Shown here: positions 58,548-63,448 of the stretch, one piece after another
Position numbering within the stretch: position 1 is the first letter of the stretch
Layout of the letters: every line of letters starts with the position of its first letter
NCBI GenBank assembly: GCA_002279705.1
Contig: NCCO01000026.1
Coordinates: forward strand, 1 to 63,448
DNA length: 63,448 nucleotides
Source: Bosea sp. 12-68-7
Lineage (GTDB): Bacteria > Pseudomonadota > Alphaproteobacteria > Rhizobiales > Beijerinckiaceae
Reading direction: 5' to 3'
The notes under the pieces: generated by a model
What the model was told of the DNA's origin: nothing
Database searches by the model: none
The model's input: the letters and a program-made list of their open reading frames with translations, nothing else
Made by a program: the position numbers and the translations under genes

Positions 58548-59177
58548 TCAGGCACTCCCGGCCTCGTAACGGTCGAGAAACGCCTCGGCCGACAGGGCGC
58601 GGAAATCGGCAAGTGCCTCACGAAGGCGCAGATGATCCCAGTCCCACCAGGCCAGCGCCATCAGTCGCTCCGACAGGGCTTCGGGGAAGCGGCGGCGGAT
58701 CGGCCGGGCCGGATTTCCCGCGACGATGGTGTAGGGTGCGACGTCCTTGGTGACGATCGCACCGCCGGCGACGACGGCGCCCGTCCCGATGCTGCGGCCG
58801 GGCAGGATGATGGCGCCATGCCCGATCCAGACATCGTGGCCGATGGTCACCGGCGTCGAGCGGCGCCAGTCGAAGAAGGCGGCATCATCCTCCGCATCCT
58901 CGAAATAGGCGCTGGCGCGATAGGTGAAATGCGACTGGCTGGCCCGCTGCATCGGGTGGTTGCCGGGGTTGATCCGGGTCATCGCCGCGATCGAGCAGAA
59001 CTTGCCGATGGTCGTGTAGATGATGTTGGAATCGTTCACGACATAGGAGTAGTCGCCCATCACCGACTCGACGAACGAGGTCCGCGCCCCGATCTCGGTG
59101 TAGCGCCCCAGCGTGGCCTCCCGCACGACCGCCGTCTCATGGATCACCGGTTCGAGCCCGAGCTTCTTGGCAGCCAT
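58548..59177 (-). CDS. Hexapeptide-repeat acetyltransferase associated with phn operons
   Basis: IGKFCSIAA; NPGNHP; IGHDVWIGHGA; VAGNPAR. Confidence 0.9.
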   Translation of the reverse strand: MAAKKLGLEPVIHETAVVREATLGRYTEIGARTSFVESVMGDYSYVVNDSNIIYTTIGKFCSIAAMTRINPGNHPMQRASQSHFTYRASAYFEDAEDDAAFFDWRRSTPVTIGHDVWIGHGAIILPGRSIGTGAVVAGGAIVTKDVAPYTIVAGNPARPIRRRFPEALSERLMALAWWDWDHLRLREALADFRALSAEAFLDRYEAGSA

Positions 59178-59214
59178 GGGGGTCTCCGTCCTCTGGGGAT
59201 CGCCGGCCCGGTCG

Positions 59215-59913
59215 TCAGTGGCCGAGCGGGAAAGCGTCGATGATGCGGAAGCGGCCGGTTCGGTCGTCCTGCCGGAACAAAGCGAGGCGGTCGATGGCGA
59301 CCGGACCCGCGGGGACGGCGCGCGCATAGGCCTCGGCCAGGGCCGCCGCGACGGCGGGTGCCTCATCCGGCGGGAGCGCCCCGGTCAGCGTCATGTGGAA
59401 GCGGAAGGCGTCGCCGACATAAGGGTAGCCATAGGCTTCGAGATAGGCGCGCTCGGCCGGGGTCAGCGGGCTGGCGAGGCGCCGCTCCCGATCGGCCTGT
59501 GTCAGCGGCGCGCGAAACGGCTCGAAGGCCTGGACGATGTCAAAGGCCAGTGTCTGCAGCGCCAGGCTCGGCTCGGCCGGCGTCAGTGCGACGAAGCGGC
59601 CGAGCGAGGTGATTTTGAGGCCCGCCAGAGGCACGGCCTTGCGGCCGATCGCAATCTGGTGGGCGAAGGCCCGCAGTTGACCCTCGCTGCGGCCGTTGGC
59701 CAGTTCAAAAGGCGCCTTCAGGGTCGCGTGGAAGCCGTAGCGGCGTGGCTCTGCGGTGCGTTGCGGCCAGAGCTGCGCGTCGCAGCCGGGCGGGACAGCG
59801 AAGGCGATCTCCTCGCCCGTGAAGGCGTCGTAGCCCAGCGTCGCGCAGCCGAAGCGCCACAGCGCGCTGTCGACTGCGGGCGCGTAATAGAGAGCGTAGC
59901 GCGGGCCGCTCAA
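59215..59913 (-). CDS. DUF1045 2H-phosphoesterase (phn-associated cyclic phosphodiesterase)
   Basis: RYALYYAP; YGFHATLKAPF; FRFHMTLTG (two HxT motifs). Confidence 0.9.
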   Translation of the reverse strand: MSGPRYALYYAPAVDSALWRFGCATLGYDAFTGEEIAFAVPPGCDAQLWPQRTAEPRRYGFHATLKAPFELANGRSEGQLRAFAHQIAIGRKAVPLAGLKITSLGRFVALTPAEPSLALQTLAFDIVQAFEPFRAPLTQADRERRLASPLTPAERAYLEAYGYPYVGDAFRFHMTLTGALPPDEAPAVAAALAEAYARAVPAGPVAIDRLALFRQDDRTGRFRIIDAFPLGH

Positions 59914-61049
59914 AACGCGCGCTCGCCCTTCGACCAGACGGCCGCGATCACGGGCGTGGGTCCCAGCGCCCTGAAGCGGACGAGATCGGCCCGCAGCCCG
60001 GTCTTGAGATGGCCGCGATCCTTCAGGCCGAGGATGTCGGCGACCTTCCAGGTGACCATGCCCACGGCGTCGGGCAAGCCAAGCCCATGGTCGTTGTGCA
60101 GCTTCAGCACCGCCTGGAGCAGGCTGGCGGGCACATAGTCGGAGGAGAGGCCGTCGAGCAGGCCTTTCTCCGCCAGTTCGGAGACGGACACGCCGCCGGA
60201 ATGGGAGCCGCCGCGCACGACATTCGGCGCGCCGGCGATCGTGGCGAGCCCGCGCTGCTTGGCGGCCGCGGCGGCCTCGACCGTGGTCGGGAATTCCGAG
60301 ATCACCGCACCCGAGGCGAGGCCCTCCTCGACATGCTCGACGGTGGTGTCGTCATGGGTCGCGATCGGGATGCCGCGGGCGCTGAACAGCGCGACCACCG
60401 CCTGCCAGTTGCGTCCGACATTGGCGGCGCCCTCCTGCTGGCGGGTGGCGACGTCCTCCTCGAACTCCGCCTCGCTCTTGCCGTTCCCGATGGCATAGGT
60501 CCGCAGGTGCTCGATGTTGCGCCACTGGCGCTGGCCCGGGGTGTGGTCCATCAGCGAGACCAACTGCACGAGCGCATCGTCCTGATAGGGCTCGATGTCC
60601 CTGAGCAGGTCGGGGCTCGTCAGCTCGCAGCGCATATGAATGCGGTGGTCGATGCGGAAGACGTCTTCCGCCTGGCCCTGGGCGAGCGAGGCCATCACGT
60701 CGGCGAAGATGTCCTTGCGGTAGTCCTTGGCCGAGAAGGGCGTGCCGGCGCAGATCGCGTCATAGACCGTGGTGACGCCGGCCGCCGCCATCTGCGCGTC
60801 ATGGACGAGCGCGGCGGCGAGCCCGTTCGGCCAGAAGACCTTGGGCCGCGGCATGAAGTGCTTTTCCATGTTGTCGGTGTGCATTTCGACGAGGCCGGGC
60901 GCGACATAGTCGCCGCCCGCATCGACGGCGCCCGGCAGCGAGGAGAGGCCCTGGTCGACGGCCGTGATGACGCCGTCCTCGAAGGCGATCGTGCCCGTGA
61001 CGATCTCGTCCTCGAGGATCAGGCGGGCATTGGTCAGAACGGTCTGCAT
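59910..61049 (-). CDS. phnM: Alpha-D-ribose 1-methylphosphonate 5-triphosphate diphosphatase
   Basis: PGLVEMHTDNME; MDHTPGQRQ; THDD; GAPNVVRGGSHSG; LSSDYVP. Confidence 0.96.
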   Translation of the reverse strand: MQTVLTNARLILEDEIVTGTIAFEDGVITAVDQGLSSLPGAVDAGGDYVAPGLVEMHTDNMEKHFMPRPKVFWPNGLAAALVHDAQMAAAGVTTVYDAICAGTPFSAKDYRKDIFADVMASLAQGQAEDVFRIDHRIHMRCELTSPDLLRDIEPYQDDALVQLVSLMDHTPGQRQWRNIEHLRTYAIGNGKSEAEFEEDVATRQQEGAANVGRNWQAVVALFSARGIPIATHDDTTVEHVEEGLASGAVISEFPTTVEAAAAAKQRGLATIAGAPNVVRGGSHSGGVSVSELAEKGLLDGLSSDYVPASLLQAVLKLHNDHGLGLPDAVGMVTWKVADILGLKDRGHLKTGLRADLVRFRALGPTPVIAAVWSKGERAF

Positions 61050-61747
61050 CAGGCGGCCTTCCGGAAAGCGGTGATGTCGAGATAGCGCGTCGCGACCTTC
61101 TCGCGCACGGCCTCATCGTGAAAGATCCCGACGATGGCGGAGCCATTAGTACGGGCTTCCGCGATCAGTTCGACCACGACGTCGCGGTTGGCGGCGTCGA
61201 GAGAGGCGGTCGGCTCGTCGATCAGCATGATGGCGGAAGGGTCAACGAAGGAACGCGCGATGTTGACGCGCTGCTGCTCGCCGCCGGAGAAGGTCGCCGG
61301 CGCGAGAGCCCAGAGCCGCTCCGGCAGGTTGAGGCGCGCCAGCATCGCCTTGGCCCGTTCGCTCGCCTGATCCGGCGAGACGCCGCGCGCCAGCAACGGG
61401 TCGCGCACGATGTCGAGCGCGCTGACGCGCGGGATCACGCGCAGGAACTGCGAGACGAAGCCGAGCGTGCGGCGGCGGATGTCCAGAACCGTGCGGGGAA
61501 CGGCGGTGACGATGTCCACGGGGCGGCCCGCATGGGTGATATGGATATGGCCGGCGCTCGGCAGGTAATTGCCGTAGAGGATGCGCAGCAGGCTCGACTT
61601 GCCGGCGCCGGACGCGCCCGCGAGAACGAGGGCCTCGCCGGCCTCGACGCTGAAATTGACGTCGTCGAAGACGGGCAACCGAACGCCGCCCTGATTGTGC
61701 AGGGTGAAGGCCTTGGTGACGTTCTCGACGCGAATCATCGTGGTCAT
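61049..61747 (-). CDS. phnL: C-P lyase system ATP-binding protein PhnL
   Basis: [10 protein letters not shown]; GASGAGKS; [16 protein letters not shown]; DEPTASLD. Confidence 0.95.
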   Translation of the reverse strand: MTTMIRVENVTKAFTLHNQGGVRLPVFDDVNFSVEAGEALVLAGASGAGKSSLLRILYGNYLPSAGHIHITHAGRPVDIVTAVPRTVLDIRRRTLGFVSQFLRVIPRVSALDIVRDPLLARGVSPDQASERAKAMLARLNLPERLWALAPATFSGGEQQRVNIARSFVDPSAIMLIDEPTASLDAANRDVVVELIAEARTNGSAIVGIFHDEAVREKVATRYLDITAFRKAA

Positions 61748-61751
61748 GGGA

Positions 61752-61961
61752 TCAGGCCTTGGAGGGTGGCGGTGACGCCGGCGTGACGGGCGTGCGTTCC
61801 GTGGTCGAGGTGTTCGGCGGCGGGGCGGCCTTGGCCGGCGGGCCCAGCAGGGTCCGTTCGACATCCAGCGCGCTCGGCTGCCGGTCCGCCTCGCCGGAGA
61901 CGGGGCTTTGTACGGCCTGAGGGCCGAAACCCGACCATTGGGGCTGGATGAAGCCGCTCAT
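61752..61961 (-). CDS. Small Pro-rich hypothetical protein between phnK and phnL
   Basis: 69-aa ORF; ATG overlaps phnK stop (ATGA); stops 4 nt before the phnL ATG. Confidence 0.5.
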   Translation of the reverse strand: MSGFIQPQWSGFGPQAVQSPVSGEADRQPSALDVERTLLGPPAKAAPPPNTSTTERTPVTPASPPPSKA

Positions 61962-62764
61962 ACGGTCAGTACCGCCGAGGTGAGGAGCTGTGTGTAGGCG
62001 TGATGCGGGTCGTCGAGAACCTGGTCCGTCAGGCCCTGCTCGACGACATGGCCGTCCTTCATCACCATCAGCCGGTCGGTGAGAAGCCGCGCCACGGCGA
62101 GGTCGTGCGTGACGATGATGGCGGCGAGACCGAGGTCGCGCACCAGCACGCGCAGCAGGTCGAGCAGGCGGGCCTGAACGGAGACGTCGAGGCCGCCGGT
62201 CGGCTCGTCCATGAAAACGAGGCGGGGTTCCGAGACGAGCACCCGGGCGATCTGCAGGCGCTGCTGCATGCCGCCGGAGAACTGGCGCGGCCGGTCGTCG
62301 ATGCGCGCACCGGCGATCTCGACGCGCGCGAGCCAGTCGAGCGCGCGCTCGCGGATCTGGCCGTAGTGGCGGTCGCCGCGGTCCATCAGCCGTTCGCCGA
62401 CATTGCCGCCTGCCGAGACGTCCATCCGCAGGCCGTCGCGCGGGTTCTGGTGGACGATGCCCCAGGCGGTGCGCATCAGCCGCCGCCGCTCCTGCTCGGG
62501 CACCGAATAGATATCGAGCGGTTCGCTCCCGCCGCGGAACAGCACCTCGCCCTCGTCGGGACGGTCGATGCCGGCGAGGCAGCGCAGCAGGGTCGATTTG
62601 CCGGAGCCGGATTCGCCGACGATGCCGAGCACCTCGCCCGGCCAGAGGTCGAAGGAGACGCCCTCACAGCCGATGCGCTCGCCATAGAAACGCGAGACGC
62701 CGGCGGCGGAGAGCAGCGGGGCGGGTTCGAAGGCGGTGTCGGGGGGAGAGACGTGGAGGGTCAT
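61958..62764 (-). CDS. phnK: C-P lyase system protein PhnK
   Basis: GESGSGKS; [12 protein letters not shown]; [13 protein letters not shown]; [17 protein letters not shown]. Confidence 0.96.
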   Translation of the reverse strand: MTLHVSPPDTAFEPAPLLSAAGVSRFYGERIGCEGVSFDLWPGEVLGIVGESGSGKSTLLRCLAGIDRPDEGEVLFRGGSEPLDIYSVPEQERRRLMRTAWGIVHQNPRDGLRMDVSAGGNVGERLMDRGDRHYGQIRERALDWLARVEIAGARIDDRPRQFSGGMQQRLQIARVLVSEPRLVFMDEPTGGLDVSVQARLLDLLRVLVRDLGLAAIIVTHDLAVARLLTDRLMVMKDGHVVEQGLTDQVLDDPHHAYTQLLTSAVLTV

Positions 62765-63448
62765 CAGTGCGTCTCCTCACCGTCATTGCGAGCGGAGCGA
62801 AGCAATCCAGCAGACGTAGCGTGCTGCCGCCTCTGGATTGCTTCGTCGGCTTCGCCTCCTCGCAATGACGGAGAGGCCTCGACAAGTCCGTTTGCCGCTG
62901 CATCGCCGAGCATCGCGCCGCGATGGCCGGCCGCGCGGCGCGTTTCGCAATGGTGGCTGTCCGAGCAGACGAACATCCGGCTGCCCTGGTCGTCGATCAC
63001 GACCTCGTCGAGATAGCTGTCGGTCGCGGCGCAGAGCGCGCAGGGCTCATTCCAGCTCTGGATGCGGAAGGGGTGGTCCTCGAAATCGAGGCTGCGCACG
63101 CTGGTGTGGGGCGGGAGCGCATAGATGCGCTTCTCGCGACCGGCGCCGAAGAGCTGGAGCGCCGGCGACATGTGCATCTTCGGGTTGTCGAATTTGGGGA
63201 TGGGCGAGGGCGCCATGATGTAGCGGCCATTGATCATGACCGGGTAGTCATAGGTCGTCGTCACCTCGCCGAAGCGGGCGATGTTCTCGTAGAGCTTCAC
63301 CTGCATCAGCCCGTATTCGGCCCAGGCGTGCATCTTCCGCGTCTCGGCCTCGCGCGGCTCGAGCTTGCGCAGCGGTTCCGGCTGCGGGACCTGGTAGACC
63401 ATGATCTGCCCGGCCTGGAGCGGCGCCTCGGGAATCCGGTGGCGGGTC
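62764..63448 (-). CDS. phnJ: C-P lyase radical SAM subunit PhnJ (C-terminal part)
   Basis: YQVPQPEPLR; PSPIPKFDNPK; GAGREKRIYA; CALC...CSDSHHC. Confidence 0.96.
   Translation of the reverse strand, partial: TRHRIPEAPLQAGQIMVYQVPQPEPLRKLEPREAETRKMHAWAEYGLMQVKLYENIARFGEVTTTYDYPVMINGRYIMAPSPIPKFDNPKMHMSPALQLFGAGREKRIYALPPHTSVRSLDFEDHPFRIQSWNEPCALCAATDSYLDEVVIDDQGSRMFVCSDSHHCETRRAAGHRGAMLGDAAANGLVEASPSLRGGEADEAIQRRQHATSAGLLRSARNDGEETH
62780..62871. repeat. Palindromic repeat (RPE-like) inside the phnJ 3' end
   Basis: 13-bp terminal inverted repeat CCGTCATTGCGAG/CTCGCAATGACGG and inner GAAGCAATCCAG/CTGGATTGCTTC. Confidence 0.9.

Noticed and set aside
58548-59177. Chloramphenicol or streptogramin resistance acetyltransferase
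   Set aside because: Hexapeptide family is shared, but its position at the end of the phn operon matches the phn-associated subfamily

Overview
GC-rich alphaproteobacterial chromosome segment (Hyphomicrobiales; Bosea-like by inference from gene content and palindromic repeats). Most of it is housekeeping or metabolic: cobS/cobT, rpmB, rplU-rpmA, tRNA-Ser(CGA), pgi, proB-proA-nadD-rsfS-rlmH-envC-ctpA-rppH, cspA-rpsU, sugar-acid catabolism genes and the end of a C-P lyase operon (phnJKLM). The standout is a TPP-riboswitch-headed operon (29535-35779). It encodes a LuxE-like acyl-protein synthetase, a LuxC-like acyl reductase, a ThiXYZ/NMT1-type ABC importer and an SDR, with no luciferase. I infer a thiamine-salvage route that imports an oxidised (carboxylic acid) thiamine breakdown product and reduces it acid -> aldehyde -> alcohol. 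Other notable items: a decayed ~2.9 kb island at tRNA-Ser with a degenerate attR; a degenerate ABC/cNMP-binding/pseudo-cyclase module; an ECF sigma/anti-sigma/subtilase module whose anti-sigma tail resembles the protease prodomain; palindromic repeats read in frame inside phnJ and the thiamine-operon binding protein; and four apparent short deletions (cyclase, ABC permease, nadD, proA) that may be real lesions or assembly artefacts. All family calls come from motif recognition by eye; no database searches were run.
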